Positions 29,030 to 39,066 of a stretch of DNA of 64,000 nt are shown piece after piece. The DNA is from Candidatus Latescibacterota bacterium (GTDB lineage: Bacteria > Latescibacterota > UBA2968), in contig OZ242010.1 in assembly GCA_965204745.1 (NCBI GenBank), positions 4,096,001 through 4,160,000 on the forward strand, read 5' to 3'. The translations under genes and the position numbers were made by a program. Position 1 is the stretch's first letter, and every line of letters starts with the position of its first letter. Below the pieces are notes generated by a model. It had not been told where the DNA came from. It ran no database searches and saw nothing but the letters and a program-made list of their open reading frames with translations.

Positions 29030-32000
29030 TGCCCCGCTACGCTCACTTGTTGGCCCTGGTCGCGCTGGGCATGCTGGTGGCATCGGGGCCTGCTTTTGCC
29101 CAAACCGACTACGACATGGACAACGACCGCCTGATTGACATCACCTCCTTGGCGCAACTGAATGCCATTCGTTGGGATCTCAATGGCGATGGTGTTGTGT
29201 CGAGCACCGACTCTACAAACTATTTCACCGCCTTCAGTAACCCCGCCTCGGGCATGGGGTGTCCGTCCGCCGGCTGTAATGGCTACGAACTGCTCAACAA
29301 CTTGGACTTTGACGAGAACAACGACAACTCAATCACCTCAGCAGACGCCACCTATTGGAACAACGGCGCCGGCTGGCTACCCATCGGCACAAGCGCCAAC
29401 AGATACACAGGCAATTTCAAGGGCAACGGATACACCATAAACAACCTGTTCATCAACCGGTCCAACACCGAGCACATAGGGCTGTTCGGCTATACTGGAT
29501 CCGGCTACAGGGTAGAAACCCTAGGCGTAACTAACGCCAATGTAACGGGGAAAAACTATACCGGCATTCTGATAGGCGCCGGTGAGAATGGAGGCACAGT
29601 CGTCGCCTGTTACACTACTGGCTCGGTCACCGGCACCGGTACTTCTACCGGTGGTCTGGTAGGATACATAGACGGAACTATCTCCACTAGCTACTCCACT
29701 GCATCCGTCAGCGGAAATCGCGAAAACGGCGGTCTGTTGGGATTTCGGTATGGCAACAGTACCTCTGTAACAAACTCCTACTCCACCGGCAACGTCAGCG
29801 GCACAGGAAGCAACATCGGCGGGCTAATAGGCAGCTTTGCCCTGAGCGGTAGCGTTTCCGCCAGTTACTGGGATACCCAAACCAGCAACCGGAATAGCAG
29901 CCCCGGCGGCGGCACAGCACAGACCACCGACGCGCTCCGATCTCCCACCGGCTACACCGGCATCTACTCCACATGGAACGCCAACATAGATGGCAACGCC
30001 GGCAACGACGATCCCTGGGACTTCGGAACGTCATCGCAGTATCCGGTGCTGAAGTACGGCGGTCATTCCCTGGTTGCCCAGGGCCGACCGGCCACCGACT
30101 ACGACATGGACAACGACCGCCTGATTGACATCACCACCTTGGCGCAACTCAACGCCATTCGCCACGACCTCAACGGCAATGGCGACGCTACCCACGCCGA
30201 TTATGGCGCCGCCTTTCCCCTCCGCAACACCAGCAATACCGGCCGGATGGGTTGCCCGTCCGGGACCTGCACTGGCTACGAGTTGCTCAACAACTTGGAT
30301 TTTGACGAGAACAACGACGGCGCAATCACCCAAGCAGACACCACCTACTGGAATGGCGGCGCCGGCTGGGCACCCATCGGCAGTAGCAACACCGCCCCGT
30401 ACACCGCCACATTTGAGGGCAACGGCAAGACGATCTCCCACCTGTACATCAACCGCTACGTCAACTATTCGGGATTTTTCGCAAGTACGGATACCACTGC
30501 CCACATCCGCTCTTTGGGGTTGGTCAACGCGGTGATCAATACGGGTCAGGGCACGGTGGGCGCGCTGGTGGGTCTGAACAAGGGTCGGATCGCGGCGAGT
30601 TACGTCACGGGGTCGGTCAAGGCGAACACCAATGTCGGCGGGTTGGTGGGCGCCGCTCAGAGGGGGTCGTACATCGTGGCGAGTTACGCCACGGCGTCTG
30701 TGGTGTGCAATCAGTCGGGGCCGTGGGGCACTGGCGGAGGGTTGGTAGGTGCCAATGGTTCGGGTGCGACGATCGCGTCGAGCTACTCGCTGGGATCAGT
30801 GACGGGGGCCTGCCTGCACAAGCATGGGCTGGCGGAAAACTCAGGTACAGTGACCGATAGCTACTGGGACACGCAAACAAGCGACATTGCCGATGATAGC
30901 GATACTGTTGCGCCGGAGGGCAAGCTGACTGCCGACTTACAATCGGTCACGTCTGCGAGCGGCATCTATGCCAACTGGGACGATCTGACCATAGATGCTT
31001 CGGGGGCCAACAATGATGATCCCTGGACCTTTGGCACGACGAATCAGTATCCGGTCTTGAAGTTTGCCGGCCTGGACACCACGGCGCAGTACGCTGCCCA
31101 ACCCGTGAATTACGACACGGATAGCGATGGCCTCCTCGAGGTCTCGACCTTGGCCCAACTGCATGCCATGCGCTGGGATCTCAATGGCGATGGGGTCGTC
31201 GCCGATAGTGATGCCATGACCTACAACGCCGCCTTTCCCAACGGGAACTTGTCAGCGAGCAAGGGGTGTCCTTCCACAGGTTGCACTGGCTACGAACTGC
31301 TCAACAACTTGGACTTTGACGAGAACAACGACGGCGCGATCACCCAAGCAGACGCCACCTACTGGAATGGCGGTGCCGGCTGGGACCCTGTGGGGCCTTA
31401 CGGCGGCACGTTCAAAGGCAACAACAAGACGATCTCCCACTTGTACATCAACCGGGGGTCTCGGCATAATACAGGATTGTTCCATGCGGTTGATGGCGAT
31501 GTTTCGGGGTTGGGGTTGTTGAATGTGAATGTGACCGGTGCTGACCGCGTGGGTGGTCTGACCGGTAATCAAGGTGGTGGGGGCACCATCTCGTCGTGTT
31601 ATGTGACGGGTCGCGTTTCGGGGTCGCGGTGGGGTGTGGGTGGTTTGGTTGGTCGGTCTTATCGCACTTCGGGCACTAATCGCATTGTGAGCAGCTACGC
31701 GCTCGTCTCTGTGCGGGTTCCTGCACATGTGACGAGTGACGGATTGGCCGGCGGTTTGGTGGGTTGGCTGACCGATCAGACCGAGGTGGTGGCGTCTTAC
31801 GCGCTGGGCTCTGTGTTCGCGGGACACAGCAACGCGGTGGCCGGCGGGTTGGTGGGTCAAATCGCGAGCGGCGGTGGCGTGACCGCCAGTTACGCGACGG
31901 GCGCAGTCACGGGTGCCGGCACGAAAGGCGGGTTGGTGGGCAGTTCGGCTGGTACAGTGACCGATAGCTACTGGGACACGCAAACAAGCGGCATTGTCGA

Positions 32001-35000
32001 TGATAGCGATACGGTTGCGCCGGAGGGCAAGCTGACCTCCGACTTACAATCGATCACGTCTGCGAGCGGCATCTATGCCAACTGGGACGATCTGACCATA
32101 GATGCTTCGGGGACCAACGATGATGATCCCTGGACCTTTGGCACGACAAAGCAGTATCCGGTCTTGACGTTTGCCGGCCTGGACACCACGGCGCAGTACG
32201 CTGCCCAACCCGTGAATTACGACACGGATAGCGATGGCCTCCTCGAGGTCTCGTCCTTGGCCCAACTGCATGCCATGCGCTGGGATATCAATGGCGATGG
32301 TGCCATAGACTCAAGTGCCACGACCGCCGATACGACCGCCTACAACGCCGCCTTTCCCAACGGGAACTTGTCAGCGAGCAAGGGTTGCCCTTCCAGCGGT
32401 TGCACTGGCTACGAACTGCTCGCCAACCTGGACTTTGACGAGAACAACGATGGCGCAATCACCCAAGCAGACGCCACCTACTGGAATAGCGGCCAAGGCT
32501 GGATGCCCATCGGCTCCGACGCCAGCCCAGCGTTACGATACACAGGCGATTTCAAAGGCAACGGCTACACCGTCCAAAACCTGTTCATCAGCCGCAACAC
32601 CGTTAGCTACCAAGCACTGTTCGGCGGCACCGGCACCAACTCCCGCATCGAGTCACTGGGCGTAACCGACGCCGATGTTACGGCAGACGACTTTAGTGGC
32701 ATTCTGGTCGGCGGCAATCGCGGCGAAATCGTCGCCTGCTACACCACCGGTCGCATGACGGGCGACAATGTCGTCGGCGGTCTGGTCGGCTGGACCGGAG
32801 GCTCCATTTCCACAAGCTACTCCCTCGCATCCGTCAGCGCAACTGAGAGGCTCGGCGGATTGGTAGGCTCAAAAGCCGCCGCCGGCTCCATAACAAACTC
32901 CTACTCCACCGGCGCGGTCAGCCTCTCCAGCGGGTCGATGACATCTATCGGCGGGCTGTTGGGCGAGTCGAATGCCGGCACAGGCACGGTTAGCGGCAGC
33001 TACTGGGATACCCAAACCAGCGGGCGCACAACCAGCCTCGGCGGTAGCGGCGCGGCGGGCAAGACGACCAGCGATCTTCAGAGCCCCACCACCTACGGTG
33101 CCACCAGCAACGACACCTACTACGGTTGGAACGCCAACATAGACGGACAACCCGGCAACGACGATCCGTGGACCTTTGGCGCGATGGATCAGTATCCGGT
33201 CTTGAAGTATGCCGGCCTGGACACCACCGTGCAATTTCAGCTCCAACCCGCGGTCGTGACGTTGGCACTGACGCCCTCGTCGATCTCGGAAAACGGCGGG
33301 ATGAGCACTGTGACCGCGACGCTGGCATACCCATCGAGCGCGGCGACGACGATCACGGTGCGCCCTGTGGCGGGGGCTTACACGGTGGCGGCGGATTCGA
33401 CGATCACCATACCGGCCGGGAGCACTGCGAACGTGTCGGATACGGTGGTCATCACAGCGGTGGACAATACCCAAGACGCGCCTAATCGCGACGTGGACAT
33501 GTCCGTTGTGGCGGGCAACGCCCAAGGCGCGGGCAGTGTGACCGAGGCGACTTTAACGATCACAGACGACGACCCTGCACCGACAGCGACGTTGGCGGCG
33601 TCACCGGCGTCGATTTCGGAGAACGGCGCGGTTTCGACGGTCACGGCGTCGCTCTCGCGTCCATCGAGCACGGCGACGACGATCACGGTGCGTCCTGTGG
33701 CGGGTGCTTACACGGTGGGGGCGGATACGACGATCACCATCGCGGCCGGGGACACGATTAACGCGTCGGACACGGTGGTCATCACAGCGGTGAACAATAC
33801 CCAAGACGCGCCTAATCGCGACGTGACCGTGTCCGGTGTGTCGCGCAACGCCCAAGGCGCGGGCAGTGTGACCGGGGCGGCTTTGACGCTGACAGACGAC
33901 GACGCTGCGCCGGACGTGACGATGGTTTTGTCGCCTGCGTCGATTACAGAGAACGGCGGTGTCTCGACCGTGACAGCGAGGCTGTCTCACACGTCGAGCG
34001 ATCCGACGACGATTACGGTGACAGTGGCACCTGTGTCACCTGCGGTTATGACCGACTACACGATAAGTACGCCGGCCACGCTGACCGTCGCGGCGGGGCA
34101 AACGATGAGCACGGGCACCGTGACGATCACAGGGGTGAATAACGCCGATGCTACGGGGAACAAGACGGTGACCGTGTCGAGTACGCTAACCAACAGCGTA
34201 GGCACGGGATCGGTCACTGATGTGACGCTGACGCTTACCGATGACGACGTGCCGAACGTGACGTTGGTTTTGACTCCTTCGTCGATTACGGAGAATGCCC
34301 AGGTTTCCACGATCACGGCGACGCTGGATCGCATCACAAACATGGCGACGACGGTCACGGTTTCAGCGACCGCGGTGGCCCCTGCGGTTGCGGGCGATTT
34401 TACGCTATCGACCGAGACCACGCTGACCTTCGCGGCGAATGTGACGACGAGCACGGGCGCCGTGACGATCACCTCGGTGAACGACACGACCGATGCACCG
34501 GACAAGCGCGTGACCGTGTCTGCAACGGTGACGGGTGGCAATGGGGCGTCGCTATCGTCTGCCGTGACCCTGACGATCACAGACGATGAGGCCGCGCCGG
34601 ATGTGGCACTGACGCTGTCGCCCGCGTCGATTGCAGAGACCGGCGGTGTTTCGACGATCACGGCGACGCTGTCGCATGCGTCGAGCGCGGCAACGACGAT
34701 CACAGTGCGTCCGGTGGCGGGTGCTTACACGGTGGGGTCGGATTCGACGATCACCATCGCGGCAGGGAACACGGCGAACGCGTCGGACACAGTAGAGATC
34801 ACGGCCGTGGACAACGCGACCGATGCGCCCAACAACGATGTGACCGTGTCTGTTGTGGCGAACAACGACCAAGGCGCAGGCAGTGTGACCGGCATGGATT
34901 TGACGATCACAGACGATGACGCCGCGCCGAACGTGACACTAATGCTGTCGCCCGCGTCAATCTCGGAGAACGGCGGCGTGAGCACGGTGAGCGCGACGCT

Positions 35001-36675
35001 GACACACCCATCGAGCGCGGCGACAACGATCACGGTACGCCCGGTGGCGAATGCTTATACCGTAGGGTCGGATTCGACGATCACCATCGCGGCAGGGAAC
35101 ACGGCGAACGCGTCGGACACGGTGGCACTCACCGCCGTGGACAACGACATAGACGCATCAGACAACGCGGTGATGGTGCAGACCGCCGCTGTGGAGAACG
35201 ACCACGGCGCGGGCACCGTGCAGGCTGCGACGTTGACGATCACCGATGACGACGAGGCGGCGATTGACGTGTCGGCGATGACCACGACGACGGTCAGGCT
35301 CCACACGACAGAGTCGGGCAGGGCAGAGACCTTCACGGTCACGCTCGCCTCCGAGCCGACGGGGAACGTAGCCCTCTCGGTGGTCAGTTCAGACACGACG
35401 GAAGGCACTGTATCGCCCTCGGTGCTGACCTTCTCATCGACAACATGGCGCACGGCGCAAACCGTGACCGTGACCGGGCAGGACGATACTCCCGCCGCCG
35501 TCGATGGCAACCAGAACTATACGGTCACCCTTTCGGTGAACCAGACGGATACGCAGGACACCAACTACGACGCGCTCACCGCGATCAGCGTGTACATGGT
35601 CAACCGCGATAACGATTTCGGCTTGGACATCAGCGCGCTGACCGGGCAGGCGACAGAGGCCGGTGCCTCGGCGACCTTCACGGTGGCCCTGCTGACGCAA
35701 CCCACGGCGGCGGTGACGATTTCGGTGACGAGCCAAGACCCGAGCGAGGGGCGGGTTGAGCCTGCGATGCTGACCTTCACGACGTCAGGCTATAACACGG
35801 CACAAACCGTGACCGTGACCGGGCAAGACGACATCATCGACGACGGGAACGTCACCTGGACGGTGCGACTCGCCTCGTCAAGCGGCGATGCCAACTACAA
35901 CACCCTTTCGGACGAGGATGTTCCAGTGACGACGACCGACGATGAAGATGCGCCGACCGTGACGTTGGTGCTGATGCCCTCGTCCATCTCGGAAAACGGC
36001 GAGGTTTCCACGATCACGGCGACCCTATCGCACCCATCGAGCGCGATCACGACGATCACGGTCTCTGCTACGCCTGTGTCCCCTGCGACTGCGAGCGACT
36101 TCACGCTATCGAGTGCAGACACGCTGATCATCGCGGCGACGACCACAACGAGCACGGGCACCGTGACGATCACCGCAGAGGACAACAACGACCAGGCAGA
36201 CGAGAAGATGGTCAGGGTGTCTGCAACCGCAAACAACGCCCAAGGCATCACCGATCCTTCGCCCGTGACCCTGACCCTGACCGATGACGAAACACCGAGT
36301 GCCAACTTGGATGTGGATGGCGATGGCCGGGTGAGATTGTTCTCGGATATAATCCTGGTCATTCGATACGTCCTCTTCTTCCGGGAAGAGGCCCTCCTCA
36401 GAGGGAACGTCATCGAGCCAACTGCCACGCGCAAGACCGCTCAAGAAATTGAACCCTACCTCGACACTTTGGTCGGTCAGAACATTCTCGATGTGGATGG
36501 CGATGGCGATGTGAGGCTGTTCTCGGATATAATCCTGATCATTCGATACGTCCTCTTCTTCCGGAACGAGGCCCTCGTCAGAGGGAACGTCATCGAGCCA
36601 ACTGCTACGCGCACGACCGCTCAAGCCATTGAACCCTACATTCGAAGCCTCTATCCCGACTCCCACTTCCAATGA
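29026..36675 (+). CDS. Giant secreted adhesin-like protein B: signal peptide, 4 GLUG-like beta-helix modules, Calx-beta/cadherin-like Ig repeats, tandem dockerin-like C-terminus
   Basis: 2549 aa with signal peptide ending AFA|Q; VTL.L.P.SISENGG...LTITDDD repeats; C-terminal ~126 aa nearly identical to gene A. Confidence 0.9.
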   Translation: MMPRYAHLLALVALGMLVASGPAFAQTDYDMDNDRLIDITSLAQLNAIRWDLNGDGVVSSTDSTNYFTAFSNPASGMGCPSAGCNGYELLNNLDFDENNDNSITSADATYWNNGAGWLPIGTSANRYTGNFKGNGYTINNLFINRSNTEHIGLFGYTGSGYRVETLGVTNANVTGKNYTGILIGAGENGGTVVACYTTGSVTGTGTSTGGLVGYIDGTISTSYSTASVSGNRENGGLLGFRYGNSTSVTNSYSTGNVSGTGSNIGGLIGSFALSGSVSASYWDTQTSNRNSSPGGGTAQTTDALRSPTGYTGIYSTWNANIDGNAGNDDPWDFGTSSQYPVLKYGGHSLVAQGRPATDYDMDNDRLIDITTLAQLNAIRHDLNGNGDATHADYGAAFPLRNTSNTGRMGCPSGTCTGYELLNNLDFDENNDGAITQADTTYWNGGAGWAPIGSSNTAPYTATFEGNGKTISHLYINRYVNYSGFFASTDTTAHIRSLGLVNAVINTGQGTVGALVGLNKGRIAASYVTGSVKANTNVGGLVGAAQRGSYIVASYATASVVCNQSGPWGTGGGLVGANGSGATIASSYSLGSVTGACLHKHGLAENSGTVTDSYWDTQTSDIADDSDTVAPEGKLTADLQSVTSASGIYANWDDLTIDASGANNDDPWTFGTTNQYPVLKFAGLDTTAQYAAQPVNYDTDSDGLLEVSTLAQLHAMRWDLNGDGVVADSDAMTYNAAFPNGNLSASKGCPSTGCTGYELLNNLDFDENNDGAITQADATYWNGGAGWDPVGPYGGTFKGNNKTISHLYINRGSRHNTGLFHAVDGDVSGLGLLNVNVTGADRVGGLTGNQGGGGTISSCYVTGRVSGSRWGVGGLVGRSYRTSGTNRIVSSYALVSVRVPAHVTSDGLAGGLVGWLTDQTEVVASYALGSVFAGHSNAVAGGLVGQIASGGGVTASYATGAVTGAGTKGGLVGSSAGTVTDSYWDTQTSGIVDDSDTVAPEGKLTSDLQSITSASGIYANWDDLTIDASGTNDDDPWTFGTTKQYPVLTFAGLDTTAQYAAQPVNYDTDSDGLLEVSSLAQLHAMRWDINGDGAIDSSATTADTTAYNAAFPNGNLSASKGCPSSGCTGYELLANLDFDENNDGAITQADATYWNSGQGWMPIGSDASPALRYTGDFKGNGYTVQNLFISRNTVSYQALFGGTGTNSRIESLGVTDADVTADDFSGILVGGNRGEIVACYTTGRMTGDNVVGGLVGWTGGSISTSYSLASVSATERLGGLVGSKAAAGSITNSYSTGAVSLSSGSMTSIGGLLGESNAGTGTVSGSYWDTQTSGRTTSLGGSGAAGKTTSDLQSPTTYGATSNDTYYGWNANIDGQPGNDDPWTFGAMDQYPVLKYAGLDTTVQFQLQPAVVTLALTPSSISENGGMSTVTATLAYPSSAATTITVRPVAGAYTVAADSTITIPAGSTANVSDTVVITAVDNTQDAPNRDVDMSVVAGNAQGAGSVTEATLTITDDDPAPTATLAASPASISENGAVSTVTASLSRPSSTATTITVRPVAGAYTVGADTTITIAAGDTINASDTVVITAVNNTQDAPNRDVTVSGVSRNAQGAGSVTGAALTLTDDDAAPDVTMVLSPASITENGGVSTVTARLSHTSSDPTTITVTVAPVSPAVMTDYTISTPATLTVAAGQTMSTGTVTITGVNNADATGNKTVTVSSTLTNSVGTGSVTDVTLTLTDDDVPNVTLVLTPSSITENAQVSTITATLDRITNMATTVTVSATAVAPAVAGDFTLSTETTLTFAANVTTSTGAVTITSVNDTTDAPDKRVTVSATVTGGNGASLSSAVTLTITDDEAAPDVALTLSPASIAETGGVSTITATLSHASSAATTITVRPVAGAYTVGSDSTITIAAGNTANASDTVEITAVDNATDAPNNDVTVSVVANNDQGAGSVTGMDLTITDDDAAPNVTLMLSPASISENGGVSTVSATLTHPSSAATTITVRPVANAYTVGSDSTITIAAGNTANASDTVALTAVDNDIDASDNAVMVQTAAVENDHGAGTVQAATLTITDDDEAAIDVSAMTTTTVRLHTTESGRAETFTVTLASEPTGNVALSVVSSDTTEGTVSPSVLTFSSTTWRTAQTVTVTGQDDTPAAVDGNQNYTVTLSVNQTDTQDTNYDALTAISVYMVNRDNDFGLDISALTGQATEAGASATFTVALLTQPTAAVTISVTSQDPSEGRVEPAMLTFTTSGYNTAQTVTVTGQDDIIDDGNVTWTVRLASSSGDANYNTLSDEDVPVTTTDDEDAPTVTLVLMPSSISENGEVSTITATLSHPSSAITTITVSATPVSPATASDFTLSSADTLIIAATTTTSTGTVTITAEDNNDQADEKMVRVSATANNAQGITDPSPVTLTLTDDETPSANLDVDGDGRVRLFSDIILVIRYVLFFREEALLRGNVIEPTATRKTAQEIEPYLDTLVGQNILDVDGDGDVRLFSDIILIIRYVLFFRNEALVRGNVIEPTATRTTAQAIEPYIRSLYPDSHFQ

Positions 36676-36773
36676 AAGCCTGTTCCCTGACCGCCACAGA
36701 TAAAGATGGCGATGGCAAAATTGGATTCGACGATTTCCTCATCTCCGCCGCCGACTTTGGCTCGACAGGCTGA
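36672..36773 (+). pseudogene. Vestigial dockerin/EF-hand tail
   Basis: Translates as MKACSLTATDKDGDGKIGFDDFLISAADFGSTG*. Confidence 0.55.
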
Positions 36774-36788
36774 ACGACAAAAAAAAAC

Positions 36789-36827
36789 AAAAGCCCGGGT
36801 TCACAGTGAACTCAGGCTTTACTTTTT
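36789..36827 (+). terminator. Intrinsic terminator of gene B
   Basis: AAAGCCCGGGTTCAC-A-GTGAACTCAGGCTTT followed by ACTTTTT. Confidence 0.75.
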
Positions 36828-37128
36828 GGAATTGGGACCTACCCCCTAGCCCCGTTACTCGCTACGCTTCGTTGTAGGCTACGCCTGTGCCTACGAGGAA
36901 AGGGGGAACTGTGAGCGGTTTTGCGAGGGGGACCTACCCCCTGGCCCCCTTCCTAAGAGGAAGGGGGAATGGCGAGAGGTTGTGCGAGGGATTGTGTGTA
37001 AGGGTTTTTGGATTTTCATGGCGTGATCCATTCGCCCAAAGCCATCAAAACAGCCCTGGATGCAAACCTTTAAGAAAGCCATGCGCTCCCCCTTTCCTTG
37101 TAGGAAAGGGGGCCGGGGGGTAGGTCCC
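36828..37128. repeat. REP cluster, inverted copy of 5047-5339
   Basis: Near-identical reverse complement by direct comparison. Confidence 0.85.
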
Positions 37129-37189
37129 AATGATGAACTGGCCCGATCCGTAGATTCGTAGATTCGTTTGTAGGCCGTGGGGAATCGCC

Positions 37190-38779
37190 ATGCGTGTTGA
37201 AACGGAATATGATGCGGTTGTGCTCGGCGCGGGGCACAACAGTTTGATTTTGCAGGCTTATTTGTGTCGTGCGGGGCTGAAGGTGGTTTGTCTCGAGCGA
37301 TCACACACACCCGGAGGCGGGTTGGCTACGGTTGAAGACCCCCGCTATCCGGGTTTTTTGCACAATACGCATTCCTTTTTTCACCGCGGTGTGACGCACA
37401 TGCCGTGGTTTGATGATTTGGACCTCGAGCGGTATGGCGCGGAGTATATCGAACCCGAACTGAATGTAGCCCTGGTGCTCAAAAATGGCGATGTGCTGAA
37501 ATGGTGGACGGATTTTGATCGCACGGCGGAGAGTTTTGCCCGATTCAGCAAACGGGATGCGCGCACGTTGCGGCGATGGCGCGATGCGTTTGTGCCCATT
37601 GTAGAAAATATCCTGTCCGCCGAGGCACAGGCCCCGCCGATGCCGCCCGGGTTGCGGCGAGAAATTTTGTCGCAGACCCGAGAGGGCAGGTTGTTGCTCG
37701 CTGTCAGTGCGTTGTCGCCCCTCGAGTTCGTGCATCGGGAGTTTGAGCATCCGGTCGTTCAGGCCGGGTTGTTGTTTTTCAATGGGTTGCGCGAGGTCGA
37801 TTTGCGTGCGTCAGGGTTTGGGCATCACATTCCCGCGCTGTTGGCGAGCAAGGGCAAGGCGCAGATGTGCAAGGGCGGGTCCGGGAATTTGGCGCGGGCA
37901 TTGGTCGCTGCGGTGCGCGATATGGGCGGCGAGATTTGGTTGCAAACCGAGCCGAAGCGCATTGTGGTGGAAGGCGAGCGCGTGCTGGGCGTGGAGACCG
38001 CAGGGGGCGAGTTCATCAAAGCACCCATCGTCGTTTCGGGCTTGAATCCGCACCAGACGTTTTTCGATTTGATGGACCGCGAGGTGTTGCCCGAGTCGTG
38101 GCAACAGCGGGTTGAGGAGTTTCAGTACAATGTGCTGGCGCCGCTGTTCGCGTTGCATGTGAATTTGGACGAGCCGCCGCATTATCGCGTAGCGCGAGAG
38201 CATCCGGACATCGAGGACGCGCTGATGGTCATTTTGGGGCTGGAACGTGCGGATCAGTTTTTGGATATTGTGGCGCACCACGAGCGGGGGACAATGCCGC
38301 CGATTGTGATGTGGGGCGCGTGCCCGACGCGCTTTGACCAAACGCAGGCCCCATCGGGAAAGCACGCGGCTTTTATGTGGCAGAAGTTGCCCTTTGATTT
38401 GGCGGGCGATGCGACAAACTGGGATCGACAACGCGATGCGGTGGGGCGGGATATGCTGGCGATGTGGACGGAGTACGCGCCCAATTTGCGGGATTGCATC
38501 ATCGATTCGTTTGTCCGCAGTCCCTTGGATGTGGCACGCGCATTGCCCAATATGCAGCGCGGCGATTTGCTCATCGGCGCGTTCACACATGGGCAGGTGG
38601 GCTACAACCGCCCCTTTCCCGGCGCGGGACACTACCGCGGGTGTTTTGATGGGCTGTACCTTTGCGGCTCGTGTTGCCACCCCGGCGGCAATGTGACCGG
38701 CCTGCCGGGCTACAACGCCGCACAGGTCATTCACAGCGATCTGGACATCGCCGCTTCATGGCTACCCGTGTGCGATTGA
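37190..38779 (+). CDS. FAD-dependent oxidoreductase, phytoene dehydrogenase-like
   Basis: DAVVLGAGHN Rossmann motif; GLYLCGSCCHPGGNVTGLPGYNAA. Confidence 0.9.
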   Translation: MRVETEYDAVVLGAGHNSLILQAYLCRAGLKVVCLERSHTPGGGLATVEDPRYPGFLHNTHSFFHRGVTHMPWFDDLDLERYGAEYIEPELNVALVLKNGDVLKWWTDFDRTAESFARFSKRDARTLRRWRDAFVPIVENILSAEAQAPPMPPGLRREILSQTREGRLLLAVSALSPLEFVHREFEHPVVQAGLLFFNGLREVDLRASGFGHHIPALLASKGKAQMCKGGSGNLARALVAAVRDMGGEIWLQTEPKRIVVEGERVLGVETAGGEFIKAPIVVSGLNPHQTFFDLMDREVLPESWQQRVEEFQYNVLAPLFALHVNLDEPPHYRVAREHPDIEDALMVILGLERADQFLDIVAHHERGTMPPIVMWGACPTRFDQTQAPSGKHAAFMWQKLPFDLAGDATNWDRQRDAVGRDMLAMWTEYAPNLRDCIIDSFVRSPLDVARALPNMQRGDLLIGAFTHGQVGYNRPFPGAGHYRGCFDGLYLCGSCCHPGGNVTGLPGYNAAQVIHSDLDIAASWLPVCD

Positions 38780-38835
38780 TGCAAAGGAGAGGGTGAACGC
38801 GGGGATTGGAGAGAATGGAGGAAGGGAGAAATTTT

Positions 38836-39060
38836 TCAAGACGCGTCGTTCCCATAAGAGCGACCGCCTTCGAGGATTTTGAGTTGTTCTGCGTTTGTGG
38901 GTTCGCATTTTGATTTGGGTCGTTCAAAATTTGTGATCAACACTTCTTTGTTGAGTTTGCGCGAGGTGTCGTGTTTTTTGACCCTCATCCCCGAGTAAGA
39001 TTGCACAAAAAAATGTTGTACCCGGCGTTTTGAGTCATTGAATTTCCTCTTCGTTACCAA
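38836..39060 (-). pseudogene. Possible C-terminal remnant of a Dam-like DNA adenine methylase
   Basis: AT-rich patch; YSGM...KLNKEVLITNF resembles the E(V/L)LITNY end of D12-class methylases. Confidence 0.35.
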
Positions 39061-39066
39061 GAGGTG

